A DNA stretch of 64,000 bases. Origin: Selaginella moellendorffii. Lineage: Eukaryota; Plantae; Lycopodiophyta. Of this stretch, positions 38,301 through 51,400 are shown in pieces (position 1 is the first letter of the stretch; each line of letters opens with the position of its first letter). The notes beneath the pieces were generated by a model. That model saw nothing but the letters and a program-made list of their open reading frames with translations. It did not search any database and was not told where the DNA came from. The stretch is from NCBI RefSeq assembly GCF_000143415.4, contig NW_003314417.1, positions 19,483 through 83,482 on the forward strand, in the 5' to 3' direction. The translations under genes and the position numbers were made by a program.

Positions 38301-40102
38301 CGCTGGATCACTAAAGGTACTTCTTCCATTCCTGTCTTTTTGTCACTTCTCACCGAGAGTAAGCACAAAAATGTAGCCTTGGTCCCTTTAGTGAGTTGTC
38401 CTCTCGTGGATACCAGGTTTAAGCATGAATCTTTGGCCTTGCATTGCCCTACCTTTAGATCCTGGGCCTCCACCATGGATCTTCTTCCTTGGGCATTCGC
38501 CAGTACCACAAGGTTCCTACTTTGTCCATGTAGGGCTACCACGAACCGATTGAACCAATTCATCCCAAAGATCACGTCAAATCCCGCCATGTCCAACACA
38601 GTGAAGTCCATGTCTACTTTCCAAGTCCCTACTTCGACTCTCGCTTGTCGAAGTACCACATCGGTGCTTTGGCTACCTTGAACAAACTCTATAGTCTTTG
38701 GTTCGCCCAGCCGTTGCACCATTAGTCCGGCTTGCCAAACTATGTCTGCAGCCACAAAATTATCCGAAGCACCCGTGTCAATAAGGATCTTAACAAAGTT
38801 ACCCCCAATCTTCCCTCGGAGGGCTAGTAGATGTCGCGAACGACTCTTTACCAAAGTTGCTCGTGTAATGAGTAACTTTGAACTAGGGACTGGATCACAT
38901 ACCTCAGTTTGGACTTCACCCGACTTAATGGTCATATTGGCTCTGGCCTTCTTCGGGTAGGGACATTCCCTCGAAAAGTGTCCCGCTTCACCGCAGTTGT
39001 AGCATACGTTGTTTCCCACGCTGCTAAACGACTTGACCTTCTTATTCGTGGGTTTGTCTCTTTTTGCTTGACTCCCCCATGTACTTGCTCACTGACCATC
39101 GGATTTGCCCTTCCAGAACCCCGAGGACTCATTCTTAGAGAAACTCTTCTTGAATTTCCCTTTGCTATATGTTCCCTTTGGTTTGGCCCCTTTACTAAAC
39201 GTGAATCCCGACCCTGTCGCGTTCCCCTTTCGCAGGTTATCATTGAAATGCACCTTGATAGCCACATCCAACGCTTCCTTGTAGTTGGTCGGGTTCCAGT
39301 GCATCACCTCACTGCGAGCCCAGGTTTACAAACCTGATATGAAGGCATGGAACGCATTTATATCCCCCATGTTCGTGACAAGTATCCTCTTTGCCATGAA
39401 CCCATTCACATACTCCTGAATGGTTCCAGTCTGCTTCAGCCTACTCAGCTCATCTCTTAGATGCAGAGTGGCATTCGAAGGAACGTATGTTGCGCAGATC
39501 CTCGCCTTCATCATGTCCCAAGTGGCCACCGGTCCTTTGTTGGCGTCCGTCGTTCTCCACCAAGACTTGGCATTATCTGCCAAGTATGGTTTTGCACATG
39601 GGACCTTCTCCGAGCTCGGTAATCGCAACGCTCGGAAGTAGTCCTCCATATCGTAAAACTAATCCTCCACCACCTTATAGTCATTCACTCCCTTGAAGAC
39701 CGGTGGGGGCTTTGGTTTGTACTTGGGAACTGCCTAAGGGACTGATTCTACTTCGGTCTGTTCGACCTTGTTTGGTTCTGTCTCAGTCCCTGTTGAAGGG
39801 TCCGCACCTTCTGCGTTGCTAGCATCCGCAGTCTTTCTCTTTTTCTTCCGCTTCTTGTCACGCTTTAACTTGCGTACAAGAGTCTCCAGCAGGGCATTGG
39901 TCTGTGCCAACTGTCCTTCTAGCACGTCCAATCAAGCCTTGGACGACCGAACCTCGCCACCAGACTCCTGTTTGGAAGTTTCCTCACTAGAGTCCTCCTC
40001 ATGCAAGGATTCCTCATCCATAGCCTCTCGTTCAACCGGAGGCTCCAGCTCTGGAGGAGGTTCCGTCTCTGCCTTGGTTCACTTCCGCCCTGCCTTTGCC
40101 AT
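35330..40102 (-). pseudogene. gag-pol: gag-pol pseudogene of copy F, retaining both integrase introns (36182-36228, 35712-35763)
   Basis: ORF pieces 39326-39649, 37652-39019, 36215-37423 and 35838-36140 are separated by stop codons that arise from G>A/C>T changes. Confidence 0.9.
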
Positions 40103-40161
40103 CTCCCAGCAATCTGCCTCTATCCTTCGCTAGAACTGAGGAAAAGGCTCTGATACCAAAT

Positions 40162-40355
40162 TGTAAGCTCCTGAGTTTGGACTTCCCGGGAGGTCACCCA
40201 GCCCAGTATTATTCAAACTCAAGAATGCTTAACCCCAAGTATCACAAGACCCTTAACCGATTGGAAAAGGGGGTGCACTCTTGTTAATGGGCCCTTTCCC
40301 TCTATATTTAAACCCCAAGGATCGTCTTTCGAGTCGTTCCCTTTAGTTGCTTATA
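40162..40355 (-). mobile_element. Cassandra-type TRIM LTR containing a 5S rRNA-derived segment (40179-40233)
   Basis: Minus strand reads GTTAAGCATTCTTGAGTTTGAATAATACTGGGCTGGGTGACCTCCCGGGAAGTCC, matching the A-box/IE/C-box region of plant 5S rRNA. 194 bp with TGTAAGC...GCTTAtA termini. Confidence 0.85.
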
Positions 40356-41757
40356 GCACCTTTGGCATTATCAGAAGTATCGACTTGTAGGTGAAACTTC
40401 TTTATCTAGTTGGGTTTTACAAGTATATGTGCCTCTTTGAGGCATTATTTAAGCGTTAAAAATGCTTCTTAACAATTTTCATTCTATCTAAATAGAGTAT
40501 CTTTATTTAAAAGATCAACAAGTAGCTTGTCAATCTTTGCATGAGCTTTTATAAATCGTTTATGATAGCCAACTTTCCCTAAAAAGGAATTAAGACTTTT
40601 TAAGTCATATGGTGGAAATATTGTTTCAATCATTTAAGAAAGTACACTTCTCTAAATTAAGAGAAATGTTATTTTCTCTACATTTTTTAAAATATTTTTG
40701 CAAGCAAATTAAATGTTCTATTCTAGAGTTTAAAACACTAAAATCATTCATGAAAACTCTTATAAAATCAATGAGATATTCTTTAAAAGTGTTTGTAACA
40801 ATTCTTTAAAATGTGAAATGAGCATTGCATAGGTCAAAACGCATTTTACAATAAGTATAACCTCCCCATAGGCTTATAAAATCTGTTTTGTGTTAATTTT
40901 AAAATGCTATTTCCACTTGGTTATAATCAAAGAATCTATCTAAAAATAAATACATCCCATGGCCTTCTATTGAATACAAAATTTCATATATGAAAGGAAT
41001 ACGGAATATATCATTTTTGTTGCATCATTTAGCTTTTGTAATTCACACAAACTCATAATTTGCCATTTTTCTTAGGCACAATTACAAGTGGTGAAAGCCA
41101 TTAAGTATTTTCACTTGGATAGATAAATCCTACTTAGAGAAGTTTATTGATTTCCTCATTGACTTTACTTTGGTAATTAGGTGAAAGCCATTGAACATTT
41201 TAGATTGGATAATTAAATCATGCTTCGAGAAGTTTATCTATTTTCTGTTGAACTTTATTTTGGTAATTAAGATTTATTCTATAGAGCATATGCATTTTAG
41301 GCATATTTCCCAAAAGTATCTCAATATAATATGTACAAAGTTCTAGTAAGATGCCTTTTAAATCTATATAAAATCAAACAAAAATGTCCTTGTACTTTTT
41401 CAGTAGATTTATAGCCTGATTGCGAAATTCACTTTGCAATCTTTGAGCAATTGTGATAGTATGTAGATTATCCTCATCTGCTAAATTTATTTGCTCAAGT
41501 GGTTGATCACAAGAAATATGCAAAATATAGTTTCTTTATTGATTAATTTTATAGGTAGGATCCTCCTTTAAATTGAAATCTGTTATACCCAAACCAATCT
41601 TTAGTCTAAAGGTTTCTTGCTTAGATACTTCTTTAAGTATTGAATAGATATCAACCTTTGAAATTGGCTCAATTTCAGAGAAAACTTTTAAGATTTGTTC
41701 TTCCTAGAAATCGTCTAATCCTTCCTCCTAATAATAAGATTGAGTTTTGAGGGGTTG

Positions 41758-41952
41758 TGTAAATTCCTGAATTTGAACTTCCCGGGAAGTTACCCAGCGT
41801 AATACTATTCAAACCCAAGGACATCTAACCCCAAGTATCCCAAGACCCTTAACCAAGTAAAAAAAGGGGTGCACTCTTGTTCATGAGCCCTTTCCTTCTT
41901 TATTTAAACTGCAATGGATTGTCTCTCAAGTCATTTTTTTTAGTTGCTTACA
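41758..41952 (-). mobile_element. Cassandra-type solo LTR
   Basis: Homologous to 40162-40355 along its length; TGTAAA...GCTTACA; flanks GGTTG/AGTTG (TSD with one mismatch). Confidence 0.8.
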
Positions 41953-43019
41953 AGTTGATTTTTCCTTTCCAATTGTATAGTGGAAGTAATGAGTACAAGT
42001 CTTTTCTAGTTGCCCTACTCTATACATAAAAAACCATTTTTTTAGTCTTGGTTTGTGCAAGCAATTTTTAGCCAAGGCTTGCTTAGTAGAGTTTTGTAGG
42101 CAAAATCTTATTATGTCATTTTAAGCATAATATAATTGAGTTTGTACTTTAGGCTAGCCATATTGGTTAAGATATTTTTTAATAATTTTAATAAGCCTAA
42201 CACATCAATCATCAGTTATTTTTACATTAAACAGGGTTGGTTGAATTAAATCTAAGCCTAATTCTTTGCAAATACTCTCTTTTAGAATATTTACGCTTGA
42301 GCCACCATCGATAAGAGTTCCAGATAATAGATTCTTGCCAATCTTTATATCAATTGTAGGAACTTTATCATCACAATCCCTTATCTCAATTACAATGGCC
42401 ATATATAGGATTAAAGTTTCTTCCTTTCTAAGCGAGAACTCTTTAAACAATGCAACTCTAAAGTAAAGTGTTAAAATGAGAAGTTAACCTAAAGTGATTG
42501 TAATTTCGGCATTTAAAATGCCTTTCACTGCTTCTTCATCCTTACCATCTAGTTTTAATATAGGATTTTTCTTTTGTGCTAGTGGCAAATTTGTATCACT
42601 TTGTAAAGACATGAGACTTTCTATGTTAGAATCACTATTTTCCAAATCAATTAGTGGTTGCAAGTTTTAAAGTTGTTGAGTGATTTCTGCCTCAAAAGCT
42701 ACTGCTCTACTGTGAGCTAGAGTAGGTTAAGTTCCTTACTTTAACATACCTTAATATACCCTTGAGCTTCCTTTTGACCGATGTCAACCACATGGTCAAA
42801 ATTAGCACCTAACATAAGGTGTAATATTTTAACCATTTCATTGATTATCTTTATGATTGTTTTGCATTATTGCAAGCATTATTGAATTTGTCAATGTCAT
42901 CTTTCATCTATTCCATGGACTATGAGTGGGTATTTATGGATCTCAAAGAGTTATTGATGACTCCTTAAGGTTTGGGATATCTTGATTACACTTAATCTTT
43001 CATTTTGCAGATGAATTCT

Positions 43020-43760
43020 TCTAATATCGGTCTTAGAGATATGTTGTTGTAAGAGAGCCCAAGTGTGTTTAGTCAACACCATCCCCTTGCATATATTATT
43101 TGTATAATCAATTTGCAAACCTTCTAGCACCCCAAATAAGTTGTGTCCTTAGACTCAAATATGCACTTCAACCACTTCATCTTTAAATCAACAAATCTAA
43201 CAGTTTATAAACATCATGGATATGTTCCTTCAACATCTCTTCCAAATGGATTAAGACATCATCAATGAAGTAACTAGTCATCTATGGCATATTGCAAAGC
43301 TGCTAAAAAGTCGTTAAGGCATTGTTCGAACTAAACTTCATCACCAAAAACTCATACAAACCAAATAGTGTATAAAAATCAATCTTGGGAATGTTTTCTT
43401 TGGCTATTGAATACCTAGAAGCAAGTTCTAATTTGGTGAACTAATAACTTCTCCCTAGATGATCTAGAAGATCAGTAGTGTGAAGAAGAGTGTACACATC
43501 TAGATCTCCACTTTATTTAATAGATTATAGTTGCTGCAGAAATGTATACTCCCATTAGGTTTTGTCACAAGATAAGGTTCACATGCCCAAGGACTTTGTG
43601 ATATTCAAATAACACTATTTCCCAACATCTCCTTGATGTTTTGCACATAAAATCACTTTTGGTAATTGATAATAAATAAGAACCTTCAATCTTCAACCCC
43701 AAATAACAAATCAAATTCAAAAAGATCGGCATACTTCATGATCCGGTCAACTTGTGCAAC
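43020..43760 (-). pseudogene. Degenerate gypsy RT fragment
   Basis: Minus-strand remnants such as FGLYEFLVMKF and YFIDDVLI; many stops. Confidence 0.5.
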
Positions 43761-44999
43761 ATAAAGACCATAGGAGGGATCTTAAGAGGGAATAGAGAAA
43801 CAAGATGAAACTATAGGAGACAAAAATATAGGAGGAAGTAATGGGGAAATAAAGGTGATAGAATCAAAGGTAAAATTAAAGGTGAACAGGAATAAAAGTG
43901 AGAAGAATGGAAAAAATATAAAAAACTATGAAACAAGGGGGAGAAGCCTCAAAATCACACTTGGTATAATTGCACCATAACCAATTCATAAAAAGGATGA
44001 GGTTAAAAGCTTCACTTGCCATCACCCACAACGATTGTAGCTCAAACTCAAGATCACCCATACACACAACTAGGTTTGCCTCATCTTGTGCATATGCATT
44101 TGTTTGCTATATAACATGCCTTTGGGGTTCAAGGCTAAGTTTTCTCTATTCTTCTTCTCTTTTTCTTTTTCCTACATTATTGTCTCTATTTATTTATCAC
44201 TATTTTGCCAGCAGGGGCAAGAATGGTTATAAAATCATGTAGTATATATAAGTAGTACTTAGATATGCTGAAAAACAACCCCCACTCACTATTGCATGCA
44301 TTTGTATTAAATTAACCATCTTTTCTCTTGCCTATGATTGTTTGTGTAAAGTAGAGTTGAGAGAGTGATATATGCTTATCCTTACTTACGCCTTTAGGGT
44401 TTAAGATTAAATTCTCTTCTATTCTCTTCTCTTCTCTACGTTATTGTCTTTGTTTGTTTATCACTATTTTATAGGCAGGGGCAAGAACGTAAGTATAGGC
44501 AAAAAAAGCTTTACTCACTTTTGGCAATCATAGTGGGATAAGTTGTCACTCTTTGGCTTGAAAAACAACTAAGAGAAAATCACTTATGAATTATAAATGT
44601 GTGTAGCACTAAAAATCACATATAGATTTCTTTAGTGAGTGTAGAGGCTTTAAGGCCTAAACAACACTAAAAGAACGAGCTCTTTTTGATATTGTAGTGG
44701 CTTAGTACCCAGACAACGCAAGAAAGATATCTTTTCAACCATCACTTAATCCACAGAGTATGGGACAAGTTTGAAATTGGAGTTTGGCATATATTGCCAA
44801 GAAACTCAATTTCAAATTATTTCACTAGCACTTTTTTGAGAAAAATCTAAAAGAAAATGGAATGGAGTTTGTTTAATGTGGAAAACATAATTAACTACTC
44901 TAGAATGTTTCCTTCTATGCAAGTTCTAACTTGAGTTTTTAGAGAACACATTTTTCAGTAGTATATCATAATTTATAAGTAGGAAAATTGGGCACTTGT

Positions 45000-46900
45000 A
45001 ACTTTTGTTGACTCCAGCTTAAAGAGAGCTAGAGCCAACCTTAGTGAAGAACAAATTGAGGAATTATTCACCCAAATTTATGAGGCTTTGACAAACACAG
45101 AATCACAATTAGAATATCGTGTTGTCTCAAAGTTTTGATCTAATGTCCTTTAGCTTGGACAACTACTTAAACACGGTTTGAGAGTTTAAGTCTCTTACAC
45201 ATATTGCAAGAGCCTATAAGATTTGAACAAAACTCATAAATCAAAAATTCAAAAACAGTTATCACGAACCATTCTAAGTGTTTGAATTGCTCTCCATCTA
45301 GTATATTTAGGTGAATTAACTATAAAAGGGGTTTTGTCTAAAAAGGTGAAATACCCTTAGATACTCCTAAAAAATCTGAAATACATTGCAAAGCTAAAAA
45401 ATTTGTCATATAAGTTTGAGCAAGGACTTGTATTCACCATTACTGCTTGTTATTTTGTATGCCTAGCTAGGCCACTGAATGATAGATTTAACAAAATTGC
45501 TTAAACAGCTTTAAGAGAAATACTTGATAATATTCTGCTTAAGGTATATAAAAGTTTAACTCTTGGTACCTTTACTATTGTCAAAGAAAGTGTGATAATA
45601 CACCTAGATTACTTTGTAAGTACATAGTATAAATGAGACTTATATCTATGAAGTTATCAGTACAAAATAAAAATAGTACCAAGATTCTATTTATACAGAG
45701 AGATATTCTGTTTATCTGAGCTAGATATAAATCTTGAGTATTATAATCTGCAAAGGATTTATAAAATTCTACCTACTAAACAATTACTACAATTTTATGC
45801 AATCTTAGGTAAAGAAATTATTGTAGAAACTTTAACAATCCATAATAAAGCTTGGATACTCATAGGCAGAAATACACTTATTGATAATTAGGCTAATAGA
45901 CATTGAATCAATTCCATGTTTGGATAGATAAGTAACAAAATTGCAAAAACTTCATCAAGGAAAATTTAAAACAATTGAGGAATATACAACTTGATTCAAC
46001 AAATGTTATAAGCATTGTAAAGACTTAGTGTAAAAAAAAATGCACTTACATCTATATATATATAGGACCTCAAGAAAATTTATCATGAACATATGATAAA
46101 GAGATCTCATGCAAATTTTGATGACTTAAAAAATGTCATGATTGCCTACCAAAATCTCATAAAACAATATGACATGGTAGATATGGTAAAGTCAAATGAA
46201 AGAATGACTCTTATAGATAAGGAAACTAATCATTTAAAAAGCTTTAAATTGCAAACCAATCTCAAACAAAAGATTTGGTGTACCAGATGTAAAAATGAAG
46301 GCCATAGTAAGAAAGAATACAAACTTTAATTGATCAAATGCTAAATTTTTGAAAAAGAAGGGCATTCAGTTAAAGAATGTAAAACCTTATTTAAACAACC
46401 AAAAGGCCAACATTTAGCCCAAATTGCTAAAATAGCATATACATAAAGCTATCCACTTGATGACAGAAGTTATCGTAAAAAGAACAATTATAATGATAAT
46501 TGAAGTGCAAAACATGAATACCCACGCCTTGAAAGGCACAATGACCATTGAGATTATTCACTTAGAGGTAAGTTTTGAGATTATCCACCTAGTTGTGAGG
46601 AAAATAAGTTTAGAGACTATAATCAACCTAGAGAATACAATTAGCTTAGAGGTTACAATATGTTATGAAAGGCTAGAAGAGTATGATCAAGCTAAGACTT
46701 TTACTCGTTATCCTAGACCATACAATCAAACTGAATCATCAAACAAGAATGATAGGCCTCATAAGGATATGCAACCTGTAGCTAGGCACATTAAGGTAGA
46801 ATGATTAAATACAAAAGAGCTATCTAGTGTTTCTGTCATGATCAAAGCCTAATAAAGAAGGGTTGAATTTGAAAGCCAAGATGAAAAGAGTAATAATGAT
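45000..46900 (+). pseudogene. Degenerate retrotransposon gag region with two zinc-knuckle remnants
   Basis: WCTRCKNEGHSKKEY and a following ..EGHSVKEC near 46276-46380; AT-rich and stop-riddled. Confidence 0.5.
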
Positions 46901-47039
46901 TTAAAAATTATCCCTAACTCTCAATGGCACTAAAAGAAAAAGATTAGTGTAGCTTGGGTGTGGTTGGGTGGTGAGGAACCTCAAGAGATGGCATAGCCTA
47001 GTCTAAGGAGACTAGATCTTTGTTTTTTTACGTTGGATC

Positions 47040-48081
47040 ATAACATTGGTATTAGAGATGGTGGTATGGCTAACTTGGCTAGCTAATGTGAAGAAGTTCT
47101 TAGTTGCTAAAGGAACTCCAAATGTAAAGGCTTTAGTGGTTATTCCAATAGTTTTGCATGATGCAAGTCTTCAGTGGTGGAATTGGCTTGAGGAGTCTTG
47201 TATTGTAGATAAAAAACCACCAATGTCTACCATGGATGAGTTTGAGGCTGCTTTCTATTTGTGCTTTGCCCCTCATTACGACGTGGAGAATGCTTGTACA
47301 AACCTTTGACATTTCCAACAAGGGAAAATGACACTCGAGGACTATATTACGAAGTTTACTCGCTTGATTAGTTGTGTTCCAACGAAGGATCTAGATCAGA
47401 ACAAGTCCTACTTTATTGATAGCCTTCATAGTGAGAGTATGCAGTAACACTTGTGTCATACTCAGCTTACAAGGACTTTGGAGGAGCTCTTTAATGTGAC
47501 TCGTCAACTTGACAATGACGAGCACAAGTTTCAGAATCGTTCGAGTAGTCCTTTTGTCGAGAACTATCATAATGATCATCATGGACATAAGGATGGGAAC
47601 AACCACCACAACCTAAAGTTTGTGGTGGCTACCTCAATCAAAGAAGTAGAAGTTCTTTGTGAAGAATTATAGATAGGGCTGTCATCATTGCGGCAAGCTT
47701 GGACACTAGAAAGCTGATTGTTCATAGTTGAAGAACAAGTAGCAAAGCAAAAAACATGGCCAATATTCTACTGACGGTAACTCAAATATTAAAAAATTGC
47801 AAACTTTATAGTGTGAGGATGATGGGGACGACAATTTCAGTTGGAAGAAGAAGCTTTCAATTGTTGTTTGTCGACTCAACTGTGTATGGAACAAGATGGA
47901 GCTCAAGGACACTCTTGAATCAACTTTAATGTTAAAAGGTATGTTTTGTGGTGGTCCAATATAGATTTTACTAGATAGTGGGAGCGATAATAACTTTGTT
48001 TCGGCAAAGTTTATTGACGAGCCTAGCCTGGTGACACAAAGAGTTCTCCCATACACAATGGAAGGTGTAGCTACCTTTGCT
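47040..48081 (+). pseudogene. Decayed gypsy gag-protease (element H), target of the complete DNA transposon; continues at 61555
   Basis: ASLQWW, FQQGKMTLEDYITKF, a knuckle remnant and LLDSGSDNNFVS. Reads ...VATFA|QHF across the TSD. Confidence 0.7.
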
Positions 48082-48105
48082 AAGCTCTATTTCGTTAAAG
48101 TGGGA
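48082..48105 (+). repeat. Left terminal inverted repeat
   Basis: AAGCTCTATTTCGTTAAAGTGGGA; same end at 20288-20311 (rc). Confidence 0.92.
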
Positions 48106-48499
48106 ATTGTCATTATCCCACTTGTAAAATAAGGTTTCCAAACCTTTATATAGTATATAAATATAACAAAATTCAACTGCATTGAGGCACATGCCATTTT
48201 ATTTTAAACAAGGAAATGTCTACTCAATCACTTCTCACTGCTTCACCTCTCTCTTCTCCTTGTCATCGTCGTCCAATTTCTTTCCATCCTTTTAATATTG
48301 GCTCAGTTGCTCTGAGTCTAGGTGGAGCCCAAGTCCCCATTCAATCTTTACTTTCCCCTTATTAATAAAACAACTTCGTAGACTTCCAATAACATGCTGT
48401 AAATGCAAATCCTCTCAAAGAATTGTCTTTTAATATTAATACAATGGCATGGAACCCCATGCCATAATAAGTTACATTTTTAAATAAATACATGCCATC

Positions 48500-51400
48500 T
48501 CAGACTGTTATTTTTTGCCTCCAACGCCTATACAATAATCTTGGAATTTCATCACTCTCCACACTATCAGGATTTAAACCCAATAGTAATGCCATCTCTT
48601 CTCTAATACGTCCACGCTCATGTTCAGTGGTCGAAGAACCCATCCGGTTGAGCAGATTATGGAGATGCGGATAGTGCTTGGCTAGACAATATACATGCCA
48701 TAAATGATAACTGGTGTCTGTCCGATCAAATGGCTTCTGATATACCGTTCCATCTGCCATTTGGTTGATTTCTGCAGCCACCTCCTGGACTGGCCGGTTC
48801 TCTATCACCATCGCTTCAAGCCATTTTGCAAGGTCCCCCAGAACATACGGTTTCTTCTCCCTAGTTTCCATACTGCAAGAGATGGGGTGCACTGCATATG
48901 TGTGCGTGTTCGCTGCAGTTTTAATCGGCGAGTCATCGATGATGAGGATTTCACTTGACCTAGCAGTCCGGTTCATCACTACAGCCTCTGCCTTGACGAA
49001 GATGGGCTTGCTACCCCTCACATGGACCATAGTCAAGCAATCCTCCTGCGTTAGGAGAAAGTCAAATGGTAATATTACTCGCGTCTGATCGTGCATCATC
49101 TGTAGCAACGTTAATGCATTGTGGCGCATCATGGATGTCCAAACTCCCAATTGCAAATTGAACCCGGCCCTCTGTTTTAAGTGTCGCATGGTCATTATTA
49201 GATCCCGCAGTTTCTCCCGTGTGATTAATGTGAATCTGTCTCTTTTGACCAACTTGCGACCGCAGGCTTTGGAGGGTGCAGTGACATTCGAGGACGAGCC
49301 ACGCTCATGGGAGAAAAGGACACCGTTCAGATCAAAAACGATACAGTACTTTCGCCGTGACTCTGAAATGAAATGCGTCAGCATAAAAAATGGTACAAGT
49401 CAATTTTACCATCTACAATATTAGCGAATGGTGCTCCCGATGGTCGTTCAGAGGGTTTTGGTCGAGGAAACGTGAAGGGCGGAAATACTCTCCTCTGCAA
49501 TGTGGGGTCAATCGCATCCGATGGCGTGTGGGCACATGCCATTTCAGCTGTAGACTCTGGTACAACTGGCTCAACAGTGGCATGGGGTGGTTCCGATGGC
49601 GTGTGATCACACGCCATTTCAGCTGGTGCCTCCGTTGGCAAAGTGGACATGACCGAACAGGCAGCAGGGGCGGTGTAGGGAGGTTCCAACGGCGCGTAGT
49701 CAGACGATTGGGCACACGTTGGAAATGAGGATACGACCGGCTTGGCGGCTGGGGCGGCCTCATGCGGGTCCAATGGCGCCTGGTCACCGTCAGTTGGATA
49801 CGTGGACAAGATTGACTCAGTGGTATGGGCAGCATCAAGTGGAGCGTGGTCAGCTTGCTTGGCGTTGATATGGATAGTAGCCTCCACCAGCTTTGATGAC
49901 TCTTGCAGGCAAGTAGAGTCCACTGGCGGATCCATATGCATGTCCAAATATCTCCCTTCGATTGAGATGGTATCCTCCCGTGCTACTAAAAACAAACTCA
50001 TTAGCACATTGAATCGACTATACTGTATTTACCATCAACTGCTATTGAGGAACTAGGACCGATATCACTTGGGCGCACTGCTGATTCTAAAGGATTGGAC
50101 ATACGTTTCGACCCTTGCTTGGCACTATCCTTCCTCGACACTAAAGGCTAGAGTTTGTATCTTAATTCAACTGAATAATCTCTACTTACCATTTCTTCTG
50201 CGACCTACATGGACAATGTTAGAAATGGTAAAAGGTTAGGAATGGATGTACTATTATTTACCTGATGGTTTGTCTTGTATGACCTTCCTCCGCTGCTCTT
50301 TGGCCACCTCAGGCTGGCCATCGTCGTCATCATCGTCATCATCGTTATTGTGATCGTCACCATTGTGAGGACCATCCAAGTCCTCTTCGTCCTCCTCTTC
50401 TTCATCCTCCTCTTCTTCGTCCTCCTCTTCTTTGTCCTCCTCTTCGTCCTTCTGCTCTTCCTGCTCATTATCTTTCTCTGGCTCCTCATCCCCCTCCTGC
50501 ATTTCTTCCATAGGTTGCTCAGGCTGGATGGCTTGTTTTTCCAGGACCATCTTGGGAAAATCATCTGGCCGAGTCTCCATCTCAAAATACAAGACATCCA
50601 TAGCCTGTTTTAGTGCGTGACCTAGGACCGTATCCTCACCCGACTGTCTTAACATGGTTTCTGCACGTTCTTGCACCCTTCGAAGACGACGAGATGAGAA
50701 AAACGTGGCCCTGACTTGAAAAACATCCCTCATCCATTGTACCTCTCCATTGAGATTGGGGAAGGGGAGTCCGCCATAGGAATCTGAGTCAGAAGGTGGT
50801 GACTGGCTCCTTTCACTCAGCCCTTGATCTGCAATGAATGGTATGAGCACACATGCCATAACCGCGAGGCATTACCTATCATCTTTTCGTTGCCCTTCTT
50901 CCTTTTCGAATCAAACGCCTCTGATCCCGACGACTGTCCAACGTGCTTTTGCTTTTTATGACCACTGTCAGTTTGAGCTTGGCTGGTGCTTGCCTGTTTT
51001 GCCTTTGAAAAAGTGTCTCCTGCAAGGAATGGCATGAGACCACACGCCATTGCAAATATAATTTGTACCTCCTTTTTTCCTATTGCTTGTCTGTTTGTCC
51101 TTCTTCGACACGCCACCAGTGCGCTTTTCAGTCCTCGTGTCTGAATATTCACAACGATCTATAATCAAAATGGCGTGAGGCCTCACGTGACCTTACCTTG
51201 TGCAGGTTGTGACCTCGGCCTAACATCAGTAGCTGTTAACGCCGTTTCAGCATCTGGGGGTGGCCACGCTTCTGCATACAGAGCTTGTGAGATAACATTT
51301 AAACTTAAAGTGCGTACTCACTAGGTTCGTAGAGAAGATAGAGAAGATACTGTTTTTCTTTGGCAACTGTAATTATATGCTCCATTGAAGTCACCTCTTC

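Larger units (their letters stand above)
33773..40355 (-). mobile_element. Chromovirus copy F (older, same family as A/B), chimeric: family-type 3' LTR (33773-34925), Cassandra-type 5' LTR (40162-40355)
   Basis: TSD GCACC at 33768-33772 and 40356-40360. The interior is colinear with B. PBS complement GGCTCTGATACCA at 40146-40158. Confidence 0.9.
32000..42500 (-). pseudogene. Heavily decayed gypsy pol (element G: protease ~42200-42450, RT ~40360-41400, RNase H ~33350-33770, integrase ~32200-33300), host of insertions F and the Cassandra solo LTR
   Basis: Fragments LIDGGSSVNI, VDTSDNAKGA|TLSQ..HPIYYASR..TEKEAL and YPxGNGQAKSTNK. Many stops. Outer boundaries are approximate. Confidence 0.75.

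Noticed and set aside
40179-40233. 5S rRNA gene
   Set aside because: Only the internal ~55-nt promoter portion is present, diverged and embedded in an LTR. This is Cassandra-type, not a gene.
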